From: a virus | Taxonomy: Duplodnaviria > Heunggongvirae > Uroviricota > Caudoviricetes | DNA: 37,004 bases | Reading direction: 5' to 3' (one strand) | IMG/VR virus record: IMGVR_UViG_3300046385_000126 | Coordinates: 64,001-101,004 of that record | In this document: positions 24,452-32,349 of the stretch, one piece after another | Layout of the letters: the number at the start of each line of letters is the position of its first letter | Position numbering within the stretch: position 1 is the first letter of the stretch | The notes under the pieces: model-generated | What the model was told of the DNA's origin: nothing | Database searches by the model: none | Seen by the model: the letters and a program-made list of their open reading frames with translations, nothing else | Made by a program: the position numbers and the translations under genes

Positions 24452-26398
24452 ATGGCAAACTTAATTCAAGTAAAAAGAAGTGCGTTAACCGCAGTTCCAA
24501 CAACAACTACCGACATCGTTTATGGTGAGTTAGCATATTCCTTCGAGGGAACGTCTAATTCGCTGTTTATTGGTAACTCCTCTAACGTCGCCGTACGTAT
24601 TGCTGGTGGTAAGTATCCTTGGCTGCACAATGCAAACGTTACTGCTCCCGGTACGCTTGTTGCAAACGCTGTCGTCATTACGGATGCTAACTCGTTCGTC
24701 AACGAACTGCGCACACCAAAACTAACGATCAATACATCTGGTACGACGACTACCTTTATTAATACGTTTGGTTTAGCAGCTAACTCAACACAGCTTGGTG
24801 GAACTGTTGGTGGCTCAAACACCGAAATCGTTTCTTCTTGGGCTATTAAGACATATGTTGATGGTAAGACTGGTGCTCTTGGTGGCAGCATTACCAACAC
24901 ACAGATCGTATACAGCAATAGTGGTACGCTAACCGGCTCTGCAGATTACACGTTCAACAACGTAAGTAACACAATTGCAATTGGTAGTGGTGGTGTTGTC
25001 GGTATCAGTTTGACAGGTTCTAACGGCTTTATTAACACAAAAGGTGAAGTCAGATCCAATACCATTATGCAAGTGTTGGCAGGTGGCACACCTCTGACAG
25101 TTACCAACGGTCTGTTCATGTCAACAGCAAACGTTGATAACTACGCACAAATTGGTATTCAGAACAAAGGTGGTGCAACAACTGCTAATACATCTTCTGA
25201 TATTGTAGCATACGTTGCTGGTGCACTTGCATCTGATTCAACTGGCTTTGTTGACATGGGTATTACTGCTAACGGTTTCAACCAAGCAGCATACTCTGTT
25301 ACACAAGGTTCAGAAGGTTACATCTTCTCATCTGCACTATCTGGTTCGCTGGGTTCTGGTTCTCTTGTTCTAGCAACAGATTCCACAGGTACCAACAACA
25401 GTATCCGTTTCTATGTTAACGGCTTTAACCAAGCAGTCACAAGCGCTGCGATGGTTATTGCTAGCAACACGAACGTCGGTATCGGTAACAATGCTCCTGC
25501 CCACAAGTTAGTTGTTGGCGGCACAATGAAGGTTAATGGTAACACCACATTCGATGGTACCACAGCACATACCGGTGCAGCAACGTTCTCTAACACCACC
25601 TCACACACCGGTGCAGCAACGTTCTCTAACACCGTACAGATGAACGGTTCTGGTGCCAACGTTGCTGGTACACTTGGTGTTGCAGGGGCGGCTGCACTAG
25701 CCTCTAGCGTAACCTTAGGTACGACATCGGCTGATGTATTGACTCTAAATGCACGTCTTGGCACATCCATTGTCCCATCTGCTAACATTACTGTTGATCT
25801 AGGTACATCAAACCTACGCTGGGCTACGGTTTACACTCAAGATCTTAATATCGGTCGTGATTTGTCTGTCTCTGGTAACTTGACTGTTTCTGGTACCCTG
25901 ACCACGATCTCTTCAACAAACTTGACTGTCACTGATCCGTTGATTAAGGTTGCTAACGGCAACACAACAACAGACATTCTCGACGTTGGTATCTTTGGCG
26001 CATTTGGTAACGTAACAACAACATCATATACTGGTTTGTTCCGTGACGCCACAGACTCACGTTACAAGTTGTTTACAGGTAACATTCCTGAACCAACGAC
26101 TACCGTCGATACAGCGAACGTAAACTTTGCATATGCTGACTTGCAAGTTGGTACGCTGTTTGCTAATAAGGTAAGCACAGCAAACGCACAGATTACTGGC
26201 GGTTCAATCACTGGTATCGTAGATCTAGCTGTTGCAGATGGTGGTACAGGTCAATCAACCTTTACCAGCAATGGTATTTTGTTTGGTAACAATGGCAACG
26301 CCCTGCAAGTTACTGCAGCAGGTACACAAGGCCAAGTTCTTCAAGCCGGTTCCGGCGGCGTGCCAGCATTTGGTACTTTGGACGGCGGCACGTTTTAA
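24452..26398 (+). CDS. Tail fibre-like protein with Mtd/hyaluronidase-type N-terminal anchor (648 aa)
   Basis: 'IQVKRS..TAVP...YGELAYS' anchor; shaft motifs 'GNLTVSGTLTTISSTNLTVTDPLI', 'GLFRDATD', 'LAVADGGTG', 'GQVLQAGSGGVPAFGTLDGGTF'. Confidence 0.75.
   Translation: MANLIQVKRSALTAVPTTTTDIVYGELAYSFEGTSNSLFIGNSSNVAVRIAGGKYPWLHNANVTAPGTLVANAVVITDANSFVNELRTPKLTINTSGTTTTFINTFGLAANSTQLGGTVGGSNTEIVSSWAIKTYVDGKTGALGGSITNTQIVYSNSGTLTGSADYTFNNVSNTIAIGSGGVVGISLTGSNGFINTKGEVRSNTIMQVLAGGTPLTVTNGLFMSTANVDNYAQIGIQNKGGATTANTSSDIVAYVAGALASDSTGFVDMGITANGFNQAAYSVTQGSEGYIFSSALSGSLGSGSLVLATDSTGTNNSIRFYVNGFNQAVTSAAMVIASNTNVGIGNNAPAHKLVVGGTMKVNGNTTFDGTTAHTGAATFSNTTSHTGAATFSNTVQMNGSGANVAGTLGVAGAAALASSVTLGTTSADVLTLNARLGTSIVPSANITVDLGTSNLRWATVYTQDLNIGRDLSVSGNLTVSGTLTTISSTNLTVTDPLIKVANGNTTTDILDVGIFGAFGNVTTTSYTGLFRDATDSRYKLFTGNIPEPTTTVDTANVNFAYADLQVGTLFANKVSTANAQITGGSITGIVDLAVADGGTGQSTFTSNGILFGNNGNALQVTAAGTQGQVLQAGSGGVPAFGTLDGGTF
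25571..25633 (+). repeat. Exact 27-nt direct repeat with 36-nt (12-aa) period
   Basis: ACCGGTGCAGCAACGTTCTCTAACACC at 25571-25597 and 25607-25633 (TGAATFSNT twice). Confidence 0.9.
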
Positions 26399-26417
26399 TT
26401 AATTTTTGGAATATATT

Positions 26418-26768
26418 ATGGAAACTGATTTTATAAACCTTTTTGTTCAAAAGCAAAAAGATATGATTAATGATTTGATAGCACGGGTAGTGATGTTGGA
26501 CACAAGAGCATCACTATCCGAAGCAAAGGTTCAAAAATTAGCTGAGGCAGAAGAGTTAGTAACATCTCTTCGTAGCCAGCTGAATAATACTGTTATTGAA
26601 CGGGATGCTAAAAGCGCTGTTGTCGATTTGAAGGTTCAGAAGATAAATGAACTAGAGGAACGGATGGCTACAGTTAGCAGCCAGCTCAGTGACGTTGTTA
26701 CAGAACGCGACGCTTTGAAGCAACAAATTGTAGCGTTAAGAAAAGCTGCTAAATCAATTAGCGAATAA
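26418..26768 (+). CDS. Coiled-coil hypothetical protein (about 116 aa)
   Basis: Heptad-like E/K/L-rich sequence; ATG 26418 has TGGA about 8 nt upstream, preferred over the TTG at 26406. Confidence 0.6.
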   Translation: METDFINLFVQKQKDMINDLIARVVMLDTRASLSEAKVQKLAEAEELVTSLRSQLNNTVIERDAKSAVVDLKVQKINELEERMATVSSQLSDVVTERDALKQQIVALRKAAKSISE

Positions 26769-26775
26769 ACAAAAC

Positions 26776-26800
26776 AAGGGCGTATATACGCCCTTTTCTC
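26776..26800 (+). terminator. Rho-independent terminator-like hairpin
   Basis: Perfect 20-bp palindrome AAGGGCGTATATACGCCCTT (26776-26795) followed by TTCTC, right after the stop at 26768. Confidence 0.7.
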
Positions 26801-26814
26801 CTACATAGGAACAT

Positions 26815-27480
26815 ATGGCAAACAATAAACTACAGATCAAGCGCACCACTGTTACTGGCCGCGCACCTAACACAACGTCCAGCTCAAACACCACATACAT
26901 CGATGCTGGTGAACTAGCAATTAACCTGACAGATAAGAAGCTGTTTTCATCAGATGGTACCAGCATTATTGAGTTCGGTACAGGAACACCTGTGTATGAT
27001 GAAAACGGTACACTGATCACGACGACGTATGTGACACAGGCCCAAAATGGTCCAGCGTTTTCAGCATATCCGAACTCAAGCATTCAGCAGACTATCTCTT
27101 CAGGGTCCCAACAAAAGGTCTTGTTCCAGTTAGAAGAGTATGACACTAACAACAACTTTGCTAGTTCAAGATTCACACCAACAGTCGCTGGTTACTATCA
27201 ACTAAATGCTACTGTCCGTATGAGCGGTACTATGGGCACCGGTGAAAATATGCTTGTGATTTGGAAAAATGGATCAGAGTATAAGCGCGGATGGAATGCT
27301 AGTGGCACAGAAGTGGGTGCTAGCTTCTTTGCAATGGGCGTCAACACTGTAGCGTATGCTAATGGAGCAGGGGATTACTTTGAAGTATATGTACAGCAAG
27401 GTAGTGGAGGAAACAGAGACGTTACTGTGGCTGGTGGCAATATAACATGGTTTAACGGCGCAATGGTGAGAAGTGCGTAA
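26815..27480 (+). CDS. Short fibre/adhesin: Mtd-type N-terminal anchor plus C1q-like domain (221 aa)
   Basis: 'LQIKRTTVTGRAP...GELAINLTDKKLF' anchor; 'PAFSAY...KVLFQLEEYDTNNNF...FTPTVAGYYQLNATV...IWKNG...GDYFEVYV' C1q/TNF-like jelly-roll pattern; AGGA SD. Confidence 0.75.
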   Translation: MANNKLQIKRTTVTGRAPNTTSSSNTTYIDAGELAINLTDKKLFSSDGTSIIEFGTGTPVYDENGTLITTTYVTQAQNGPAFSAYPNSSIQQTISSGSQQKVLFQLEEYDTNNNFASSRFTPTVAGYYQLNATVRMSGTMGTGENMLVIWKNGSEYKRGWNASGTEVGASFFAMGVNTVAYANGAGDYFEVYVQQGSGGNRDVTVAGGNITWFNGAMVRSA

Positions 27481-27493
27481 CGAACTCCTGCTG

Positions 27494-27501
27494 TATAAAT
27501 A
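27494..27501 (+). promoter_or_regulatory. T4-type late promoter TATAAATA upstream of gp13
   Basis: Exact consensus in the intergenic gap; AAGGA SD follows. Confidence 0.75.
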
Positions 27502-27519
27502 ATAACAAAAGGAAACACC

Positions 27520-28263
27520 ATGGCCGTCCCAACATCAAGAGCAGAGTTTAAAGAATATTGCCTACGCAAGCTAGGCAAGCCCGTCATCGAAATTAACGTG
27601 GACGATGATCAAGTAGAAGACCGTATCGACGAGGCTTTGCGATACTATTGGGATTACCACTTCGATGGTTCTGATAAGGTGTACTACAAACATCAGATTA
27701 CATCCACAGATATTACCAATCGATACATTACACTTCCAGAAAATATCATCGGTGCTGTTCGTGTATTCCCTATCGGTGATCCATCTATCCGTTCTGATGA
27801 TATGTTTAACATTCGTTATCAGATCGCTCTGAACGATTTGTACACATTGACTGCATACTCGATGCTACCGTACTTTATGGCAATGCAGCATCTTTCTTTG
27901 ATCTCGGAAATGTTGGTCGGCCAACAGCCAATTAGATACAACCGTCATATGAATCGTTTATATGTTGATACAAAGTGGGAAAACTACAATGTAGGTGAGT
28001 ATCTTCTGGTTGAAGCATATCAAGTCATCGACCCTAATGTTTACACAGATGCGTGGGCTGACCGTTGGTTGCAGAACTACTCAACTGCCAAGATCAAATA
28101 CCAATGGGGTACAAACCTGACAAAGTTTACAGGTATGCAGCTTCCTGGCGGCGTCCAGTTCAATGGTGAAAAGATTTTGGACGATGCAGAGAAAGAGATT
28201 GAAAAGATGGAAGAGGAAATGATTAACAGTTATTCTCTACCAGTCGCGGACCTCATAGGGTAA
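27520..28263 (+). CDS. gp13: Neck protein gp13
   Basis: 'PTSRAEFKEYCLRKLGKPVIEINVDDDQVEDRIDEAL.YY..YHFDG' and 'KYQWGTNL.KF.GMQLPGGVQFNG' are gp13 motifs. Confidence 0.92.
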   Translation: MAVPTSRAEFKEYCLRKLGKPVIEINVDDDQVEDRIDEALRYYWDYHFDGSDKVYYKHQITSTDITNRYITLPENIIGAVRVFPIGDPSIRSDDMFNIRYQIALNDLYTLTAYSMLPYFMAMQHLSLISEMLVGQQPIRYNRHMNRLYVDTKWENYNVGEYLLVEAYQVIDPNVYTDAWADRWLQNYSTAKIKYQWGTNLTKFTGMQLPGGVQFNGEKILDDAEKEIEKMEEEMINSYSLPVADLIG

Positions 28264-28265
28264 GT

Positions 28266-28700
28266 ATGGATAGTATTGCTAAAGCACTTGGTATAACTCC
28301 TCAACCGCAAGTATTTTTCGAAGACCTCGAAAAAACATGCAGCACGATGTCGTGTAGCTCTGTGGATGTCTCACCCTTTAATTCAGAGTGGTTTAAACCG
28401 ATTCGAGTAGAGAATGGTAAGAACAGTAACCTGGTTAAAGAGTGGAATGGATCCACTCAGCAAAAGGAGTTCTTACAGAGAACTTTAAAAAATAGAAAGA
28501 TTAATTGGGGTGATCAGATTACTAATGCAAAAAGCCACGGTCCATACTCAATCGACTTGGACGGTGTGCTTTTTACTACACTAAGTATTAACAAATTTGC
28601 TAAAGAACACGGCTTGAATTTTTCTTCTTTGAGAAATTCTTTATCCACTAAGCAACCTGTTAGAAGTAAGAATCATACCGTTACAGTGATAAAAGCATAA
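28266..28700 (+). CDS. Inserted ORF, probable homing-endonuclease-related DNA-binding remnant (144 aa)
   Basis: Sits between gp13 and gp14; C-terminal 'SINKFAKEHGLNFSSLRNSL' looks like a NUMOD/HTH module; no GIY-YIG, HNH or LAGLIDADG motif visible. Confidence 0.45.
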   Translation: MDSIAKALGITPQPQVFFEDLEKTCSTMSCSSVDVSPFNSEWFKPIRVENGKNSNLVKEWNGSTQQKEFLQRTLKNRKINWGDQITNAKSHGPYSIDLDGVLFTTLSINKFAKEHGLNFSSLRNSLSTKQPVRSKNHTVTVIKA

Positions 28701-29422
28701 TGGCGACAAACTTCTTTTTTAATAACTTTCAAAACAGCCAAGAGCAGCTGTTGATTGAAGATTTGATCATCGAATCTATTAAGATTTATGGTCATGATGT
28801 GTATTTCATTCCAAGAAACCCTGTAAGCATCGATCAGATCTACGGGGAAGATCCTTTGCATGAATATATCCATGCCGTTCCTGTTGAAATGTTTATTAAG
28901 AACATCGAGGGATTTGCTGGTGAAGGAGACTTCCTTTCTAAGTTCAATATTCAGATCAGAGACCAGATTACATTCACGATCGCACGTAGGTCATTCAACA
29001 ACGAAGTTGGTCAATTGGAATTCCTGAACCGTCCTCGTGAAGGGGATCTGATTTTCTTCCCATTGAATTCGAAAATATTCGAGATCAAGTTTGTGGAGCA
29101 TGAAGCAATCTTCTATCAACTTGGTGCTTTGCAAACATATGATTTGAAGTGTGAGCTGTTCGAGTACAGTAACGAATATTTTAGTACAGGTATCGAAGCA
29201 GTTGATAAGCTGAGCCAAAACTATTCACTAGATCAATCAGTACATGGTATTCTAACGGAAAATGGGCTGCTTCTGACGGATGAGGAAGAGTACCACATCC
29301 TCCAAGAAGTAAGTGATATCAACTTGAATGATGTTACAGCTAACAACGATGAAATCGAAACAGAAGCAGATTCGTTCATTGATTTCACAGAACGCGATCC
29401 GTTCAGCGAAGGGACATATTAA
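28700..29422 (+). CDS. gp14: Neck protein gp14
   Basis: 'EQLLIEDLIIESIKIYGHDVYFIPR', 'EGDFLSKF', 'RPREGDLIFFPL...FEIKFVEHE..FYQLG...Y.L.CELFEYS'. Confidence 0.92.
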   Translation: MATNFFFNNFQNSQEQLLIEDLIIESIKIYGHDVYFIPRNPVSIDQIYGEDPLHEYIHAVPVEMFIKNIEGFAGEGDFLSKFNIQIRDQITFTIARRSFNNEVGQLEFLNRPREGDLIFFPLNSKIFEIKFVEHEAIFYQLGALQTYDLKCELFEYSNEYFSTGIEAVDKLSQNYSLDQSVHGILTENGLLLTDEEEYHILQEVSDINLNDVTANNDEIETEADSFIDFTERDPFSEGTY

Positions 29423-30225
29423 TGTTCGGACATACCTTTTACCACGGAACTATCAGACGTTACGTTACCCTTTTTGGTACGTTGTTCAACGACATTTACA
29501 TTAACCGTCCCGATCTAACGCATAATCAGATAAAGACGATTAAGGTGCCGATTGCATATGGTCCAAAAGAAAAGACACTTGCAAGATTGACAGCAGATCC
29601 TAACCTCGACAGAATGCCGGCAATTGTACTACCTCGTATGTCGTTTGAGATTAAAGATATGCAGTATGCACCAACTCGCAAACTGAACACTATCAACAGA
29701 AGACGTCATAAAGATACAACAAATCAAGATGTACTGAAACACCAGTACAACCCAGTTCCTTATGATATTAATTTTACTTTGTCGATCATGGTAAAGAATA
29801 CCGATGATGGAACACGTATTATTGAGCAGATCCTTCCTTTCTTTACACCAGAGTGGACTGCAACAGTTCAGTTGATTCCAGAAATGGATATCAACATGGA
29901 CATTCCTGTAATTTTGAATACCGTTAATGTTTCGGATACATATGAAAGCGATTTTGAAACTCGCCGTGTGTTGACGTGGGAACTGACGTTTACGTTAAAA
30001 GGATATTTGTTCGGTCCAGTTAAAAGTCAAGGTGTTATTAAGTTTGCCGATACAAACATCTTCAATTCACTCACTGCTAATACGCCTCTAGTGAATATTA
30101 CAACAGAACCTGGACTAACATCCGAAGGCTTACCGACATCCAATGCTGAGCTTAGTATCGATAACTCGTTGATATTCGCAGATGATGATTATGGCTACAT
30201 TATAACAACAACAGAAAATGAATGA
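29422..30225 (+). CDS. gp15: Tail terminator / sheath stabiliser gp15
   Basis: 'FYHGTIRRYVTLFGTLFNDI', 'VPIAYGPKEK', 'LPRMSFE', 'PVPYDINFTLSI', 'QILPFFTP'. Confidence 0.93.
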   Translation: MFGHTFYHGTIRRYVTLFGTLFNDIYINRPDLTHNQIKTIKVPIAYGPKEKTLARLTADPNLDRMPAIVLPRMSFEIKDMQYAPTRKLNTINRRRHKDTTNQDVLKHQYNPVPYDINFTLSIMVKNTDDGTRIIEQILPFFTPEWTATVQLIPEMDINMDIPVILNTVNVSDTYESDFETRRVLTWELTFTLKGYLFGPVKSQGVIKFADTNIFNSLTANTPLVNITTEPGLTSEGLPTSNAELSIDNSLIFADDDYGYIITTTENE

Positions 30226-30613
30226 TCCAATTGCAACAACTCTCGGCCTAACTCCTCTTGAAGAGGTAAGACAGCACGAACTACTACCTGCAAAGTCTAG
30301 CGATAACCAAATCGTGGATGACTTTGAGTATGCCCGTGGCAACTTAATTTCTGCTATTGAAAAGGGCCAGGAAGCATTGTCAGGTATCCTGGATGTCGCT
30401 GCCCAATCCCAACATCCACGTTCGTATGAAGTTGTCGCTACGTTGTTAAAAGCTGTGTCCGATGCGAACAAGGATCTGTTAGAGCTGCAAAAGCGCAGAG
30501 GTGATTTAACTGGTGAAAAAGCTTCACCAACAACAGTTAACAATAATCTCTTTGTCGGTAGCACTGCAGAGTTGCAGCAATTGATAAAGAAACAAAATGA
30601 GCAAAATAAATGA
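30218..30613 (+). CDS. gp16: Terminase small subunit gp16
   Basis: 'DDFEYARGNL...GQEAL...AAQSQHPRSYEV', 'TVNNNLFVGSTAELQQL'. Confidence 0.9.
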   Translation: MNDPIATTLGLTPLEEVRQHELLPAKSSDNQIVDDFEYARGNLISAIEKGQEALSGILDVAAQSQHPRSYEVVATLLKAVSDANKDLLELQKRRGDLTGEKASPTTVNNNLFVGSTAELQQLIKKQNEQNK

Positions 30614-32276
30614 AGCGTACCTTGGCAATCAGAACTTAAAACGTTCGAATGTCAAGCACGAGTGGACATCACAGCAAGTATCTGAATGGATGAAGTGTGC
30701 ACAGGATCCTGTGTACTTTATTGAAACATACATTAAGATTGTAAACATTGACCAGGGTTTGGTCAACTTTTCGTTGTATGATTACCAGCAAGACATTGTC
30801 GAGCTTGCTGTTCTCGAGCGCTTCGTTATTTGTAAAATGCCACGTCAGTGTGGAAAGACCACAACGATTGCTGGTGTGTTGCTATGGTACATTCTTTTTC
30901 ATGAGCGATACAACATCGCTATCTTGGCTAACAAATTAGCCCAGGCTCGAGAAATTCTTTCACGTATTCAACTTGCATACGAACACTTACCTAAATGGTT
31001 GCAACAAGGTATTGTTGAATGGAACAAAGGTAATATCGAGCTAGAAAACGGCTCCAAGATTCTTGCTTCTGCAACATCATCCAGCGCTATTCGTGGTGGA
31101 TCGTTCAACCTTGTATATCTTGATGAATTTGCATTCGTTGAAAACAACATGCAAGAAGACTTCTTTGCTTCTGTTTACCCAACAATTTCATCGGGTAAGA
31201 CATCGAAGGTACTGATTACATCTACTCCTAACGGTCTGAATATGTTCTACAAGATCTGGACAGACAGCGAAGAGAAAAAGAACAGTTACAAACGTATCGA
31301 CGTTCATTGGAGCCAGGTGCCTGGCCGTGACCAGAAGTGGAAAGAAGAAACGATTCGCAACACAAGCGAAGAACAGTTCCGTGTTGAGTTTGAATGTGAA
31401 TTCATTGGTTCATCTAACACTTTGATTAGTCCGTCAAAACTAAGACTGTTGAGATCGATAGATCCACAGCTAAAGAATGACGACACACGAATATACGAAC
31501 AGCCAGAGCCAGGAAGGCAGTACTTCATGACGGTGGATACATCACGAGGGGTGCAGGGTGATTACTCCGCATTCGTGGTGTATGACGTGTCAGAACTACC
31601 ATACAAAGTCGTAGCTACATATAAGAACAATGCAATATCGCCATTGATCTACCCAAACATTGTTTTCCAACTAGCAAGACACTACAACAGTGCATATGTG
31701 CTAGTTGAAACTAACGACATCGGTGAACAGATTGCAAACATCTTGCAATACGATCTCGAATACGATCACCTTCTTACAACTATTAATAACGGAAGAAGTG
31801 GTCAGGTAATTTCACCAGGCTTTGCTCAAGCACCTCGTCTAGGCGTCAAAACAACCAAGCAAGTTAAACGTATTGGTTGTGCAAGTCTTAAAACGCAGGT
31901 TGAGAGCGACAAGCTACTAATTAATGATGATCGTATTTTATACGAACTATTCCGTTTTGTTAACATTGGTGATAGTTACGAAGCAGAAGAAGGTCACGAT
32001 GACCTCGTAATGTGTTGTGTTTTGTTTGCTTGGGCAATGAACCAAGAGTATGTTCGTGAATTAACTAGCGTTGACCTACGTAAGCGCTTGGAAATGGAAC
32101 ATGCACAAGAACTCGAACAAGATATGATGCCATTCGGAATTATTGACCGGGGCGAAGCGTTTGCTGTTATTCCAATTGCGGCAAAAAAAGGAAGTGATGC
32201 GTGGTTATTTGCAGGTGATGACGACTATGACATGGCGCAGATGGAGAGGCACGAGAGCTCTTCATACTACCATTAG
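30597..32276 (+). CDS. gp17: Terminase large subunit gp17
   Basis: 'YLGNQNLK', 'KCAQDPVYFIETY', Walker A 'PRQCGKT', Walker B 'VYLDEFAF', nuclease 'VDTSRG..GDYSA' and 'HDDLVM'; no intein or intron seen. Confidence 0.97.
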   Translation: MSKINEAYLGNQNLKRSNVKHEWTSQQVSEWMKCAQDPVYFIETYIKIVNIDQGLVNFSLYDYQQDIVELAVLERFVICKMPRQCGKTTTIAGVLLWYILFHERYNIAILANKLAQAREILSRIQLAYEHLPKWLQQGIVEWNKGNIELENGSKILASATSSSAIRGGSFNLVYLDEFAFVENNMQEDFFASVYPTISSGKTSKVLITSTPNGLNMFYKIWTDSEEKKNSYKRIDVHWSQVPGRDQKWKEETIRNTSEEQFRVEFECEFIGSSNTLISPSKLRLLRSIDPQLKNDDTRIYEQPEPGRQYFMTVDTSRGVQGDYSAFVVYDVSELPYKVVATYKNNAISPLIYPNIVFQLARHYNSAYVLVETNDIGEQIANILQYDLEYDHLLTTINNGRSGQVISPGFAQAPRLGVKTTKQVKRIGCASLKTQVESDKLLINDDRILYELFRFVNIGDSYEAEEGHDDLVMCCVLFAWAMNQEYVRELTSVDLRKRLEMEHAQELEQDMMPFGIIDRGEAFAVIPIAAKKGSDAWLFAGDDDYDMAQMERHESSSYYH

Positions 32277-32288
32277 AAACCCCGGAAA

Positions 32289-32296
32289 TATAAATA
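32289..32296 (+). promoter_or_regulatory. T4-type late promoter TATAAATA upstream of gp18
   Basis: Exact consensus in the gp17-gp18 gap; GGGAGA SD before ATG 32350. Confidence 0.75.
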
Positions 32297-32349
32297 CAAG
32301 GAACAAAACTTCGTTCCTATAAAAAATAAACCTCAGAGGGGAGATAAAC

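Noticed and set aside
24452-27480. Diversity-generating retroelement suggested by Mtd-type N-termini
   Set aside because: No reverse transcriptase in the window and no template/variable repeat pair differing at adenines was seen; the Mtd-like part is only the anchor domain. A distant TR elsewhere in the genome cannot be excluded.
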